From the NCBI GenBank assembly GCA_963836565.1, contig CAWIKA010000005.1:557685-621684 (forward strand): a DNA stretch of 64,000 bases, in the 5' to 3' direction. This document shows, piece after piece, positions 20,717 through 31,666 of this stretch. The position numbers were made by a program, and so were the translations under genes. Source of the stretch: an uncultured Acidobacteriaceae bacterium (lineage in GTDB: Bacteria; Acidobacteriota; Terriglobia; Terriglobales; Acidobacteriaceae). Position 1 is the first letter of the stretch. Every line of letters starts with the position of its first letter. The notes under the pieces were generated by a model. That model searched no databases. It worked only from the letters and a program-made list of their open reading frames with translations, and was not told the DNA's origin.

Positions 20717-23377
20717 CTATTCTGTGCGCAATGCCTGCATGGGATCGATGGAAGCCGCACGGCGCGCGGGGACAAGCGCCGCAATGAGACCGCACACAAT
20801 GAGCAATGCGCAAACTATGACAACCGTGACGGGATCATGCTCGCTGACTCCGAAAAGAAATGATTTGAGGGTCCGCGTTGCAGCCCATGTACATGCGAGG
20901 CCGATAGCGAGACCCGTGCCGACAAGAACGGCGGCATTCCTCAGGATGAGCAACAGGACATCGACGCGTTGCGCTCCGAGAGCCATGCGAATGCCTACTT
21001 CGCGCGTACGGCGATTGACGGAGTAGGCCATGAGCCCGTAAAGACCAACGAGCGCGAGCAGCAGGGCGATCGCTGCAAAGGCAGTGAGAAGCGAGGTTTG
21101 GAACCTGCGGCGGGCGCTGGCGATGGAAACCAGGTCACCCATGGTGTGAATGTCGGTGACTGCGATATCCGGATCGATGGACTTCAATGTGACGCGAATT
21201 TCATTAGCGACGGTCGCGGGCGGAAGCGATGAACGAACGGCGATGAAAGCGCCGCCGAAATCGTAACTCGGAGAGTACATCTGCGGTTGCGGTTCCTCTT
21301 CAAGACTGGTATGCCGCACATCGGCAACGACGCCGACGATGGTGTGCCACTGCGTGTGCTTGTCGTCCGCGTTGATCCGTCCTCCGATGGGATTGCGATT
21401 TGCTAAATAAGTTTTCGCGAATTTCTGGTTCACAATCACAGGCCCCGTCGCGCCGCCGGAAGCATCGTCATCGGTGAAGTTGCGGCCTGCGATGAGTGGA
21501 ATATTCATCGCGGCAAAATACTCAGGCGTAATCGTGCGAGCTTCGGTTGTCTGATACTGCTGATTTGCGAATCCATCGATCCAGATTGTGGAGAGGCTTT
21601 CAGTTTGGCTGAGAGGCAGATCGCTGACTGCTCCAACCGTGTTGACACCGGGGAGTGCGCTGATTTTGCCGATGAGATTTTTGAAGTATGCTGCGGTACC
21701 GGCTTGTGGCTGGCGATAGCGGTCGCCGAGGGAGACGTTCATGCTCAACGTAGACTGCGAGAATCCAGTGTCGACGGTCACAACATTGATGTAGCTGCGG
21801 ATCAGCAGTCCCGCGCCTGCCAATAACACCACGACCATAGCTGTTTGCGCGACGATGAGGATGCCATGCAATCGGCTATGCGCTGCGCCTCTTCCGGAGA
21901 CGTCATGGGTCCTTAGAAAGTCGGTGAGGTGCATGCGCGACACCGCGACTGCCGGAAGCACTCCGCTGAATACGCTCGTGAGTATGGATACTGTCAAAGC
22001 GACGAACAGCACGCGCACATCGAGCGTCGATTCGTTGAGCCGCGGAATATTACCTGGATCGAGGTGTGGCAAAATCCGCAGGAAAAGGAAGGTCAGGACG
22101 AGGCCCACGGCTCCCCCCGCGAAGGCAATCAGCAAACACTCGGTAAGCAGCTGGCGGATCATGCGACCGCGGCCTGCGCCTAAGGCTGCACGCACGCCCA
22201 GTTCCCGGGCGCGCCCAGTGGCACGCGCGAGCAGCAGGTTTGCTGCATTGCCAGACGCGATGAGAAGAACGAGCAGGACCGTGGCAATCAGCAGTTCCAT
22301 CAGCGGCCGTACCGGACCAATCGAGATGCCGGTGAAGCTCTCAACGAGCGCGCCCCATTCGCCCATTTCGCTGGGATAGAGGCGGTCAAAGCGAGCCATC
22401 ATGGTGCTCATTTCCGCCTGCGCTTGAGGGATGGAGACGCCAGGGCGCAAGCGCGCCACGGCTACATTGTTTGCAATGTCTCGATTCGCCTTTTGCTTAG
22501 GAGTGAGAGCGAGCGGAACCCAAATGTTTGTGGACTGAATGTGTGAATCGCCATAAGGAAGATCGGTTTTGAACGGGTATTCGAATTCGGGCGGCATCAC
22601 GCCGACGATTTGATAGTCGACGCCGTCGAGTTGGAGAGCATGTTTGAGGACATCGGTGTTTCCGCCGAACATCGATACCCATAGGGAATGGCTGATGACG
22701 GCGACTTTGGGGTGGGCGGGCTGATTGTCTTCGGGGTCGAGTGCGCGGCCGAGTTCCGGCGTGGATTGCAGGGTCGAGAAGAAATCCTCGTCGACGCGGG
22801 CGCCGCCGATTCGCTGCACGGAACCTTGCGCCGACAGGCTGAATCTTGCCTGCTCGTAGGCAGTGACGTCGGCAAACGATTTGCTATCGCGCTTCATGTC
22901 ATAGAGATCGGCGTAACCGGGGCAGACCACTTCGTCGGGAATCTTGAGGTTGAGGTTAGGTGTGAAGAGATAGACGAGACGCTGAGGATCTCCATAGGGC
23001 AATGAGCGAATGAGGACGGCGTTGACCAGGCTGAAGATGGCTGTGCAGGCACCGATGCCGAGGGCGAGCGTCAGCACGGCGGTGATGGTGAAACCGGGGC
23101 TTCTGCGCAGCGTACGCAGGCCATAGCGCACGTCCTGCAGAAGGCTTTCGAGCCAGGGAAATGTGCGCGTCTCGCGATGGGCCTGGCGGGCTTGCTCAAC
23201 TCCGCCGAGACGAATCAGGGCTTGGCGGCGGGCTTCTCGGGGCGTGAGACCTGCCCGAATGCCTTCCTCAGTGTGCAGAGCGACGTGGGATTCAAGTTCA
23301 GCCTCGAAGTCACGGTCAACGAGGCGCGCGTGGAAGAGTCCGCGAAGCCGCATCATCATCGCTCTCAGATTTCGCAC
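20717..23377 (-). CDS. ADOP-type permease (array member 2)
   Basis: Prefix domain, two MacB_PCD/FtsX halves, DPMQALRTE; GTG start. Confidence 0.92.
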   Translation of the reverse strand: MRNLRAMMMRLRGLFHARLVDRDFEAELESHVALHTEEGIRAGLTPREARRQALIRLGGVEQARQAHRETRTFPWLESLLQDVRYGLRTLRRSPGFTITAVLTLALGIGACTAIFSLVNAVLIRSLPYGDPQRLVYLFTPNLNLKIPDEVVCPGYADLYDMKRDSKSFADVTAYEQARFSLSAQGSVQRIGGARVDEDFFSTLQSTPELGRALDPEDNQPAHPKVAVISHSLWVSMFGGNTDVLKHALQLDGVDYQIVGVMPPEFEYPFKTDLPYGDSHIQSTNIWVPLALTPKQKANRDIANNVAVARLRPGVSIPQAQAEMSTMMARFDRLYPSEMGEWGALVESFTGISIGPVRPLMELLIATVLLVLLIASGNAANLLLARATGRARELGVRAALGAGRGRMIRQLLTECLLIAFAGGAVGLVLTFLFLRILPHLDPGNIPRLNESTLDVRVLFVALTVSILTSVFSGVLPAVAVSRMHLTDFLRTHDVSGRGAAHSRLHGILIVAQTAMVVVLLAGAGLLIRSYINVVTVDTGFSQSTLSMNVSLGDRYRQPQAGTAAYFKNLIGKISALPGVNTVGAVSDLPLSQTESLSTIWIDGFANQQYQTTEARTITPEYFAAMNIPLIAGRNFTDDDASGGATGPVIVNQKFAKTYLANRNPIGGRINADDKHTQWHTIVGVVADVRHTSLEEEPQPQMYSPSYDFGGAFIAVRSSLPPATVANEIRVTLKSIDPDIAVTDIHTMGDLVSIASARRRFQTSLLTAFAAIALLLALVGLYGLMAYSVNRRTREVGIRMALGAQRVDVLLLILRNAAVLVGTGLAIGLACTWAATRTLKSFLFGVSEHDPVTVVIVCALLIVCGLIAALVPARRAASIDPMQALRTE

Positions 23378-23386
23378 TCTGACCTC

Positions 23387-26068
23387 CTACTCCGTTCTTA
23401 GTGCTTGCATGGGATCAACCTTGGCCGCGCGGCGGGCGGGGATCCAGCATGCAGCCAATGCGATGGCAACAAGGAATGGCGGCACGGCCGCAAAGGTAAG
23501 CATGTCGTGCGGCTGAATGCCATAGAGAAAGCTCGCTGCAAATTTCGATAACATCCATGCTGCAGGCCAGCCCAACGCGACGGCAATCACGGTCAGCACC
23601 ATGCCCTGGCGTAGGACAAGACGTTCGACTGCGCCGGGCTGTGCGCCCATCGCCACGCGGATGCCGATTTCGCGCGTACGCCGGCTGACCGCGTAACTCA
23701 TGACTCCATAGAGACCGACGGCAGCGAGCACAAGGCCGACGCAACCGAAAATTCCGAAGAGCGTGGCGGCCAGGCGCGGCAGGAAGAAGGCATCGCGAAG
23801 ATGTTGCTGCATCGTTTCCTCGTTGAAGATGGCCATCGAAGGATCGAGAAGATGGATTTGCCCGCGTACAGCTTGACCCAAGCTCGATGGATTGCCAGCG
23901 GTGTGAACCACCAGCGTGTAGCCCAGAAACAAGGATGGATCCGCAGCGACGGCTTGTATGAACGACCGAAACAGGACCGGCCTGAAGTCCTCGCCCAGGG
24001 ATCGTGCCTTGATGTTACCGACAACGCCAATGATCTTATAGGTCGCTCCGCCCCCCGTCACTTGCTGGCCGATGGGATTCTCGCCATCAAAGAAACGCTG
24101 AACAAAAGCGCGGTTGACGACGGCAGTCATTGGACTGTCCGGGGTCTCTCCGCCGAAGTCGCGTCCTGCCAGCAGCGGGATTCCCATGGTTTCAAAGTAT
24201 CCGGGCGTTGCCATGTAGAGTTCTGTCTGAGAATCAGCTGTGCTGTTATCCTTCCGGCCGACAACGCTGAAGCCGTCGCTGCGGTCGCCTCCCGAGAGAG
24301 GTGCCACGTCCGTAACGACCACGGATTCGACTCCGGGCAGAGTTGCCACCTGCTGCCGCAGCTGAGTGAAGAAGTCAATTGTGCGCTGCGGGGTATAGCC
24401 GTGAACTCTGGGATCAACTGACATCATCAGCAGATTCTGCGAACGAAAGCCGATGTTGATGCTGGATGCGCTTTGCAGGCTGCGTAGGAAAAGCCCTGTG
24501 ATGCAAAGCAGAATCACAGACATCGAAATCTGCGAGACGACGAGAAGGTTGCGCAGACTGAAGCGACGTCCGCGGCGAGCGAGGGCATCTTCGCCCTTGA
24601 GCGCGTTGGCAAGCATGGGACGCGAGGCCGCCCATGCCGGTGCCGATCCAAGCAGCAGGCCGCTGACAACGCTGATGACAAATAAAAAGAATTGCACCCG
24701 CCAGTCGACTGCGATCTGCACATCGAGCGGAACAGGGGTAGGAAGTTGGAAGGTCGAGAGTCCCTTGGTGGCCCACGAAGACAAAAGGAGCCCCAGTGCA
24801 CCGCCGCCAAGTCCCAGCAGCGTGCTTTCCATCAGCAACTGACGCTGCAAACGAAAGCGCGTGGCCCCAAGGGCGAGGCGCACTGCCATATCCCTTTGGC
24901 GGGTAACCGCCTGCGCAAACAGCAGGTTGGCAACATTCGCGCCCGCAATGGCCAACACCAGCAAGGCGACCACTGAGAGCGCCGCGAGGAAGATCAGGAC
25001 GCTGTCGCGTTCTGATGGCGGCAGGGAGCCCGCCCGCTCGAATACGAAGCCGCTACCCTTGTCGGTTTTCGGATAGGCGAGGGCAAAGCGCTTTGAGAGC
25101 GTGTTCAACTCAGCGGCAACCTGCGCGCGGGAAACGCCAGGCTCGAGGCGCGCGACGACAGCGAGCCAATGAGAGGTACGCGACCCGACATCATTCGAAA
25201 GGCCGGGGAGAACCAACTGATCGACAGTGCCGAGCGGCACCCAGAACTGTGAGTAGAGAATCTGTTCAACTCCATGAAATGCCGGCGGGGCAATCCCGAC
25301 AACAGTAAATGCGTGGCCAGAGAGGGTTACAGACTTACCGACGATCGCCGGATCACTATTGAATCCGCGTTGCCATAGACTTGCGCCCAGCACGACTTCC
25401 GGAGCGTTCTTTTCACCGGCAAGGAATCCACGGCCGAGAATCATGTGAAGCTGCGTTACGTCAAAAAAGTTCGTGGTGACGGCCTGGCCCCAGGCGCGCT
25501 CCGGCTCCCCGATTCCGCCGATCGAGGCGGGGAGCAGCTCGTCGTATGCGGCAATCGCGGAGAAGGATCTGGCCTGTTCGCGTACGTCGTTGTAGACCGG
25601 CAATGAGAAGTTGTTGCAGCACCGGTCGCCATCTTCAGTCATATGCAAGGCCAGCAGGGTCGAGGGATCTCCGACTGGCGCGGGGCGCAGCACGAACCGG
25701 CTGACCATGGAAAAGATCGTGGCGTTGGCGCCAATGCCGAGCCCGATGGAAAGCATGGCGATGGCCGTGACGGCGGGACGCTTTGCCAAAGTGCGCGTGC
25801 TATAGGCAAGATCGCGGATCAGCATTTCAAGTGACGGAACTGTGCGCCGTTCGCGGTGTCGCTGGCGGGTCTGCTCTGCGCCGCCGAGACGGATAAGGGC
25901 TTGACGCCGGGCTTCTCGGGGCGTGAGGCCGGCGCGGATGCCTTCATCCGTGTGCAAGGCGACGTGGAATTCAAGTTCGGCGCGAAAATCTTCGTCGGCG
26001 CGGCTGGGGCGTAAGAGGCCGATGATGCGCATACCCAACGCACGAAGTCTGGCTCGCAGCGAGTCCAT
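23387..26068 (-). CDS. ADOP-type permease (array member 1)
   Basis: Prefix domain, [38 protein letters not shown]. Confidence 0.92.
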   Translation of the reverse strand: MDSLRARLRALGMRIIGLLRPSRADEDFRAELEFHVALHTDEGIRAGLTPREARRQALIRLGGAEQTRQRHRERRTVPSLEMLIRDLAYSTRTLAKRPAVTAIAMLSIGLGIGANATIFSMVSRFVLRPAPVGDPSTLLALHMTEDGDRCCNNFSLPVYNDVREQARSFSAIAAYDELLPASIGGIGEPERAWGQAVTTNFFDVTQLHMILGRGFLAGEKNAPEVVLGASLWQRGFNSDPAIVGKSVTLSGHAFTVVGIAPPAFHGVEQILYSQFWVPLGTVDQLVLPGLSNDVGSRTSHWLAVVARLEPGVSRAQVAAELNTLSKRFALAYPKTDKGSGFVFERAGSLPPSERDSVLIFLAALSVVALLVLAIAGANVANLLFAQAVTRQRDMAVRLALGATRFRLQRQLLMESTLLGLGGGALGLLLSSWATKGLSTFQLPTPVPLDVQIAVDWRVQFFLFVISVVSGLLLGSAPAWAASRPMLANALKGEDALARRGRRFSLRNLLVVSQISMSVILLCITGLFLRSLQSASSINIGFRSQNLLMMSVDPRVHGYTPQRTIDFFTQLRQQVATLPGVESVVVTDVAPLSGGDRSDGFSVVGRKDNSTADSQTELYMATPGYFETMGIPLLAGRDFGGETPDSPMTAVVNRAFVQRFFDGENPIGQQVTGGGATYKIIGVVGNIKARSLGEDFRPVLFRSFIQAVAADPSLFLGYTLVVHTAGNPSSLGQAVRGQIHLLDPSMAIFNEETMQQHLRDAFFLPRLAATLFGIFGCVGLVLAAVGLYGVMSYAVSRRTREIGIRVAMGAQPGAVERLVLRQGMVLTVIAVALGWPAAWMLSKFAASFLYGIQPHDMLTFAAVPPFLVAIALAACWIPARRAAKVDPMQALRTE

Positions 26069-26069
26069 C

Positions 26070-26411
26070 TCAGGCCTCCTCTGCGGGGGTGAGGAAGCGC
26101 GCCAGGATCTCGGTGGTCTGCTCCCACTCCGCGGCGGCCTTGCGCACCTGGCGTTGGCCTGCTTTGGTTAACTCATAAAACTTGGCCCGCCGATTGTTTT
26201 CAGACGTGCCCCAGCGCGAACGAATGTAGCCTTCCTGTTCGAGCCGCAACAGCGCGGGATAGAGCGTGCCGTAGTTTAATTCAAGAAGATCGCCGCTCGT
26301 CTGCTCGATGCGCCGTGCCAGGCCGTAGCCGTGCTGCGGGCCCATGGTTTCAAGCGTGCGCAGAACCATGAGAGCCAGCGTTCCCTGCCATACGTCGGTC
26401 TTTTCGCCCAT
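26070..26411 (-). CDS. PadR-family transcriptional regulator heading the four-permease array
   Basis: WQGTLALMVLRTL, HGYGLARRIEQ, YGTLYPALLRLEQ, NRRAKFYELT; ATG 26411 after GAGGAG. Confidence 0.95.
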   Translation of the reverse strand: MGEKTDVWQGTLALMVLRTLETMGPQHGYGLARRIEQTSGDLLELNYGTLYPALLRLEQEGYIRSRWGTSENNRRAKFYELTKAGQRQVRKAAAEWEQTTEILARFLTPAEEA

Positions 26412-26440
26412 TGCCTCTCCTCTTGCCAACCAATAGAAGC

Positions 26441-26469
26441 AGCATACACATGTCCCTATGGGAATGCAA
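26441..26469 (-). promoter_or_regulatory. Putative sigma70 promoter of padR-permease array
   Basis: Minus strand TTGCAT-N17-TATGCT, overlapped by the inverted repeat CCTAT-N9-ATAGG (26455-26473). Confidence 0.6.
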
Positions 26470-26519
26470 TAGGTCGATTCGAGGACCGGCCGTCAACTGG
26501 TGTTCCGTTGAATCGCGGG

Positions 26520-27872
26520 TTATTTGGAGGGGTCGACAAGTGCTCCGTAAACCGCAGCACGACTCTCAAATTCGAGATTGGGGCTCGCCGGACCGAGCAT
26601 GCGCTGGATCATGCCGACGAAGACAACGTCGTTGGTGGGATCGACCCAAAACCACGTGCCCGCCGCACCATCCCAGTAGAAAGTGCCTTTGCCGTCGGAG
26701 AGATTGGCCTCAGGCGGATCGAATTCAACGGCACAGTTGTAGCCGTAGCCGAGGCCGGGCCGCATGACTTGGAGGCCGATGCCGAACTGGCCGGTGAGGA
26801 GTTCGGAAGGCACATGATTCGAGGTCATCAGCCTGACGGTCGACGGAGCAATAATGCGCTTGCCGTTAAGCTCGCCACCGTCATCAAGCATCTGCGCGAA
26901 GCGGTAATAATCTTCGGCCGTGGAGACCAGGCCGCCTCCGCCGGAGGGCATGGCGGGCTCGGTGGCGTAGTCGCGCGGCACGTTGCCACCGGTGGTGTCG
27001 GACATCAGCTCACCGTTGGGGCCTGTGCGATAGAGCGTTACGAAACGGCTGCGCTTGTCGGCGGCCACGTAGAAGCCTGCGTCCCGCATGCCTAGCGGCC
27101 TGAAGATGTGGTCGCGCGTGAAGTCGGGCAACGATTGTCCAGAAAGCCTTTCGACAATGTAGCCTTCGATGTCCATGGACACGCTGTATGTCCAACCCTT
27201 GCCGGGTTGATAGAGCAGCGGAATCTTGGCCAGCGCGTCGATGAAGTCCTGAAGGTTCTTCGATTCGAGCAGGTGCGCGTCGCGGTACATCCGGTCGACA
27301 GGCGTGTTACCGAAGAAGCCGTAGGTGAAGCCGGCGGTATGCGACATGAGCTCGCGCATGGTAGGTGGATGGTCGGGATCGACGAGAACCATCTTGCCGT
27401 CGACATCCAAGCCTTTGTAGACCTTGAGATGAGCGAACTCGGGAATGTATTGGGCGATGGGGTCAGAGGGCAGCCACTTGCCTTCTTCGTAGAGAATCAT
27501 CATGGCCACGCCGGTGACCGGCTTGGTCATCGAGAAGTCTCGGAAGATGGCGTCCTTCCTGATGGGCTCACCGGTGGCCAAGTCGGAGACGCCATAAGTG
27601 CGATAGTCCACAACCTTGCCGTGCCGCGCAAGGATAGTGACGATGCCCGCGATCTGCTTCTGATCCACAGCCTTCTGCATGCTTGCGTGCAGGTGTTCAA
27701 GCCGCTCGGAGGAGAAGCCGACTGTTTCCGGCTTGACCACGGTGAGGTCGAGTGTGTGGTGTGCCGGTTGTGCTGCGCGCGACTGTTGCGCATTGGAGGG
27801 AATTGCTGCCAAGCCAAGCACGGCGGCTGCGAAGGCCGCGCGCGCAACCATCGCGAATCCATTGAACCTCAT
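26520..27872 (-). CDS. Serine hydrolase (class C beta-lactamase-like family), exported
   Basis: Signal peptide; SxxK (FSMTKP), YxS (WTYSVS), LMSHTAG, PSGGGGLVST, WDGAAGTWFWVDP. Confidence 0.9.
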   Translation of the reverse strand: MRFNGFAMVARAAFAAAVLGLAAIPSNAQQSRAAQPAHHTLDLTVVKPETVGFSSERLEHLHASMQKAVDQKQIAGIVTILARHGKVVDYRTYGVSDLATGEPIRKDAIFRDFSMTKPVTGVAMMILYEEGKWLPSDPIAQYIPEFAHLKVYKGLDVDGKMVLVDPDHPPTMRELMSHTAGFTYGFFGNTPVDRMYRDAHLLESKNLQDFIDALAKIPLLYQPGKGWTYSVSMDIEGYIVERLSGQSLPDFTRDHIFRPLGMRDAGFYVAADKRSRFVTLYRTGPNGELMSDTTGGNVPRDYATEPAMPSGGGGLVSTAEDYYRFAQMLDDGGELNGKRIIAPSTVRLMTSNHVPSELLTGQFGIGLQVMRPGLGYGYNCAVEFDPPEANLSDGKGTFYWDGAAGTWFWVDPTNDVVFVGMIQRMLGPASPNLEFESRAAVYGALVDPSK

Positions 27873-28029
27873 GAATGTCTCCCAAGGGCCCACGGCGCTG
27901 CCGCGGACATCACCGCCGGGAAATGCGGAGGTTTGCGGCGCACAGAAAACGGGCCGGAATGCCGCACCCTTTATAGCAGAAGCAGGATGCGGCGGCAGGC
28001 GAGCCGGAAGCAAACATGCTAGGCCGCGA

Positions 28030-31000
28030 TCAGTAGATCAGCTTCAGCGAAAACTGAATCTGGCGCGAGTTGCCGGCGGTTTTGCTTATTTCGCCAAAGC
28101 CGGAACCGTTGAGGATATTGGCTGGCAGGCCCATGGTGACGATATTGAAGAGGTTGAAGAACTCCGAGCGAAATTGCAGGTCAACGCGTTCGGCCCCGCT
28201 TTTACGGTGGCCGAAAGGCGTGTCTTTAATGAGGGCGAAGTCAAAGTTGTAGAAGGCAGGCCCGCGGAAAGAGTTGCGGCCAAGTGTGCCGAAGCGCCCT
28301 TGGTTCGGCCCTGTACCACCAGGAAGATGAATGGGGATCGAGAAAAAATCTGTGGCGTTGTTTGCACCCTCGCCAAAATAATCCTGGCGGTTTTTGCGGG
28401 CCGTGGAGAGATTCGGCTTGGCGATCTGGTCGGGACGGTCCACGCCGTTGGAACCGTACCCGGTCTGCTGAATGCCGGAGAAGACGGTGAACGGTGAACC
28501 TGAGCTGATGCTGGAGATACTCAGCAACTCCCATCCGTCTGTAACCCTTCTGCTGACGGGATGCAGAAAGTCTGCACTCTCCAGATGCAAATCCTGGGCC
28601 AGGCTCAGGCCGAAGCCATGAGTCACATCAAACGCTGACGGGCCTTTCTCGGGATGCGTGTCATATGGGTTCTGCGAAAAGCCGGACGCCACGGCTCCGG
28701 TGGAACCCGTGCCACCGAGCACATAACTGGTATCGTCGATCGACTTGCTCCAGGTGTAACTTGCCTGGATGCCGGGACCGCCGTGACCTACAGTTCCAGA
28801 AAGCGAAGTCTGCAATGCATGATAAGTGGAGTGAGCATCTGCGTAGATGACGTTTTCAACGCCGAACCCGCCAATGACGTTGCCCGCACTATCAAATTGC
28901 GTGTGGGGCGCGAAGCCTGGATAGGCGCCGGGATAAGCGTTCGGAAAGCCGTAGCGGGGCAGCCTTTCGGCGGCAGTGCCCACATAGCTTGCGTCGGCTG
29001 TAAGGTTTCCTAATTTGCGCTCCAGCCCCGCGGTCCACGTAAACAGAGTGGCATTGCCGAAGGAGCGGTCGATGCCGGCGAGATTGAGCGCGCTGACAAC
29101 GTTGCCTGGAGTGAGAGCCGCCACGTCTTTCTCATATCGATCCACATCCATCACGGTGTTGGGCGCGACGGTGGTGGTTTTTCCTGAGGCGAAGATGTTG
29201 ACGCCAGCCGGCGTATAGGCATTGGGAAGCTGCGCAGGCGTGATCTTGAATCCGTATTGGATGGGTGCATTGGAAGCCGAAAGCAGGCGTGGATACACCG
29301 CAAAAGGAGCTTGACCGGTGAGAAAGTTATCCTGCCAGATATTCGGTGGAATGACGGTGATGCCGCCGCCGGCATGCGCCGTTATCTTGCTTGAAACTTG
29401 CCACGAGGCTTGTACGCGCGGACCAAAGCCGTTCTTATTCGTCTCGTAGCCGGGTTGGGGGTTGACTACATATTCCTGCGTGCCGTTCACAGTCAGGAAC
29501 CCGCCGGTACGTCGTGCCCGCTCGGTGATGGGCGTATAAAGTTCCCAGCGCAAGCCATAGTCGAGGGTAAAGCGTGGCGTCACCTTCCACGTGTCCTGCG
29601 CCCAGACGTCAAAGTTGTTGCGATTGATGGCCGCGGGACCGATGTGCTCGCCATTGGAGAAGTAAGGGGGTGCGATGGCCACAGTGTAGGCAAACGGACT
29701 GCCGGAGAGGAAGCCGGAAAAGGTGTCGGGCAGCGGGTCGCCGATAGCGATGTTGTGAGTGCCACTCTGCGATGCAATGGTTTCAGTGGAATAGGCAGTG
29801 CCGCCGCCAAAGTCGTATTCGCCATTGGGGCTGATGCCGAAATAAGTTGTGTCGCGGTTGAGGCGCGCCTCGAACCCGGCTTTGAAAGCATGGCGGCCGG
29901 TTGTAAACGCCACGGTTTGCCGGCCCTGGAAAAGGTTTCCATACGCCTGCATTACCGATCCGGCCGCTCCGTTGAAAGCTTCGAAAAGACCATCGTTGAA
30001 CTTGACGGCGGGGTCGGTGTAGTTGGTGGTGGGGAAACCCGGCGTGGAACGCGTAATGCTGATCAGCGATTCCAGAATGAGCCGCGGCGACACGGTGCGT
30101 GTGTAGATCCCTACCACGTTACGTTGCCGGTCGATGTACTGAACGCCAAACGAGGGATCGACGGCCGTCTGGTCGGGATTGGTCGTGGGCCCCGTCAGGT
30201 TGTCCATGGTGAAACGCGCAAAGAACCGGTCTTTCGGAGAAAAATCGTGGTCGATGCGCAGTGAAAACTGATCAGCATTCGTGACCACCTTCGACGCGGT
30301 GGCGTAAGTGTTGGCACCGTACGAGCCGGTGGGAAGATTGGGCATCGGATACCGGGCCAGCACTGCCGCAATTCCAGGATCGACAGGGACTGCGAGAGTA
30401 TCGACGGACTTATCAGGATAAGCAACCGTATCGTTGACGAGAGAGCTACCGCCCGTTGGGCGCTGGTCGGCAGTGGGCACGGGCATCACCTGAGTGGTTC
30501 CCAGCACCTGACGAAAGCCTTGATACTCCGTGAAGTAGAACGTGCGTTTGCGGCCATCGTACAGGTGGGGAATGTAGACGGGGCCGCCGTTGGTGAATCC
30601 GAACTCGTTGCGGCGGAAGGGTGGAATCCGGCCCGGATAAGCGAGCGTGGCGTGGTCGAAGTAGTTGCGGGCATCGAAGGCCGAGTTGCGCACAAACTCA
30701 AAAACCGATCCGTGAAAGCCGCTGGCGCCGGAGCGGGTAATGATGTTGGTGAACCCCGAAGCGCCGCGACCGATCTCGGCAGGCATCCAGCCGGAACTCG
30801 AATCGATCGATTCGACAGCGTCGACGTTGAAGTTGGAGAAAGTGGAGCCACCCATCTCCGGATCGCTGATGTCGGCGCCGTCCATGGCGAAGGTAGCCTC
30901 AACGCCGCGCTGCCCATTGATGGCGAACTGGGCGGTGAAGTTGGTTGCGCCGTTGGCATCGGTCATGGTGCCGGCAGCCAGCAAAAGCAGCGAACTGAAG

Positions 31001-31482
31001 TCGCGCTTATTCAGCGGCAGTTCGCTCACGGCCTGGCTTGAAAGCTCTTCGCCGCCGGTCGCAGACTGCTCCTTTTCCTGGAGAGCGGACACGGTGATTT
31101 CTCCGCGACTCGACAAGGTCAAAACCACCGCGGAAGCGGAGGACGATAGCACGATAGATTCCGGCAATTCGAATTTGCGGGTATTGGCTTCCACGGTGAG
31201 GTGGTATTGTCCAACAGGCAACGCAGTTAAAAGGAAGTGGCCATCTGCGCTGGTGACGGCCTTGGCCGCAGCACTCCCGGCTCCCAAGACAATCGTGGCC
31301 CCAGCAATGGGAGCGCCCGCGACATTCCGCAGCACACCTTGCCAGTGCACCCGGGTCGCAGGTTGTGCACCTGACACGACGCAAGAGAGCGATGTTATCA
31401 ACACCAGAGCACAGAATCCACGCCGAATCGTGCCCGATAATCCGCAACCTGTCCCGCATCCATTTCGGAAGTTAGTATTCAC
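28030..31482 (-). CDS. Oar-like TonB-dependent receptor with carboxypeptidase-regulatory-like N-domain
   Basis: LPLNKRDF, SGFHGSVFEFVRNSAFDARNYF, RRNEFG, LDYGLRWE, QFRSEFFNLFN, RQIQFSLKLIY. Confidence 0.92.
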   Translation of the reverse strand: MNTNFRNGCGTGCGLSGTIRRGFCALVLITSLSCVVSGAQPATRVHWQGVLRNVAGAPIAGATIVLGAGSAAAKAVTSADGHFLLTALPVGQYHLTVEANTRKFELPESIVLSSSASAVVLTLSSRGEITVSALQEKEQSATGGEELSSQAVSELPLNKRDFSSLLLLAAGTMTDANGATNFTAQFAINGQRGVEATFAMDGADISDPEMGGSTFSNFNVDAVESIDSSSGWMPAEIGRGASGFTNIITRSGASGFHGSVFEFVRNSAFDARNYFDHATLAYPGRIPPFRRNEFGFTNGGPVYIPHLYDGRKRTFYFTEYQGFRQVLGTTQVMPVPTADQRPTGGSSLVNDTVAYPDKSVDTLAVPVDPGIAAVLARYPMPNLPTGSYGANTYATASKVVTNADQFSLRIDHDFSPKDRFFARFTMDNLTGPTTNPDQTAVDPSFGVQYIDRQRNVVGIYTRTVSPRLILESLISITRSTPGFPTTNYTDPAVKFNDGLFEAFNGAAGSVMQAYGNLFQGRQTVAFTTGRHAFKAGFEARLNRDTTYFGISPNGEYDFGGGTAYSTETIASQSGTHNIAIGDPLPDTFSGFLSGSPFAYTVAIAPPYFSNGEHIGPAAINRNNFDVWAQDTWKVTPRFTLDYGLRWELYTPITERARRTGGFLTVNGTQEYVVNPQPGYETNKNGFGPRVQASWQVSSKITAHAGGGITVIPPNIWQDNFLTGQAPFAVYPRLLSASNAPIQYGFKITPAQLPNAYTPAGVNIFASGKTTTVAPNTVMDVDRYEKDVAALTPGNVVSALNLAGIDRSFGNATLFTWTAGLERKLGNLTADASYVGTAAERLPRYGFPNAYPGAYPGFAPHTQFDSAGNVIGGFGVENVIYADAHSTYHALQTSLSGTVGHGGPGIQASYTWSKSIDDTSYVLGGTGSTGAVASGFSQNPYDTHPEKGPSAFDVTHGFGLSLAQDLHLESADFLHPVSRRVTDGWELLSISSISSGSPFTVFSGIQQTGYGSNGVDRPDQIAKPNLSTARKNRQDYFGEGANNATDFFSIPIHLPGGTGPNQGRFGTLGRNSFRGPAFYNFDFALIKDTPFGHRKSGAERVDLQFRSEFFNLFNIVTMGLPANILNGSGFGEISKTAGNSRQIQFSLKLIY

Positions 31483-31666
31483 TTAAATGAGGCCTTCATC
31501 CTGTACTGTACGCGACGCCGCCAAGATAGTTCCGGCGGAAGCAAATTGGCATCACATTGTTAAAGGGAATTATACCTTTAAACCATTTACTAAAAGCTTT
31601 TTGTAGATCGAATCCACAAACTTGTCGCAGCGCAATTCTTGCGCAACCTCTACACTGTTCCAAGCC

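Noticed and set aside
31560-31581. TTAAAGG-N8-CCTTTAA dyad between the receptor and mnmE
   Set aside because: Single 7-bp dyad in an AT-rich promoter with no assignable regulator.
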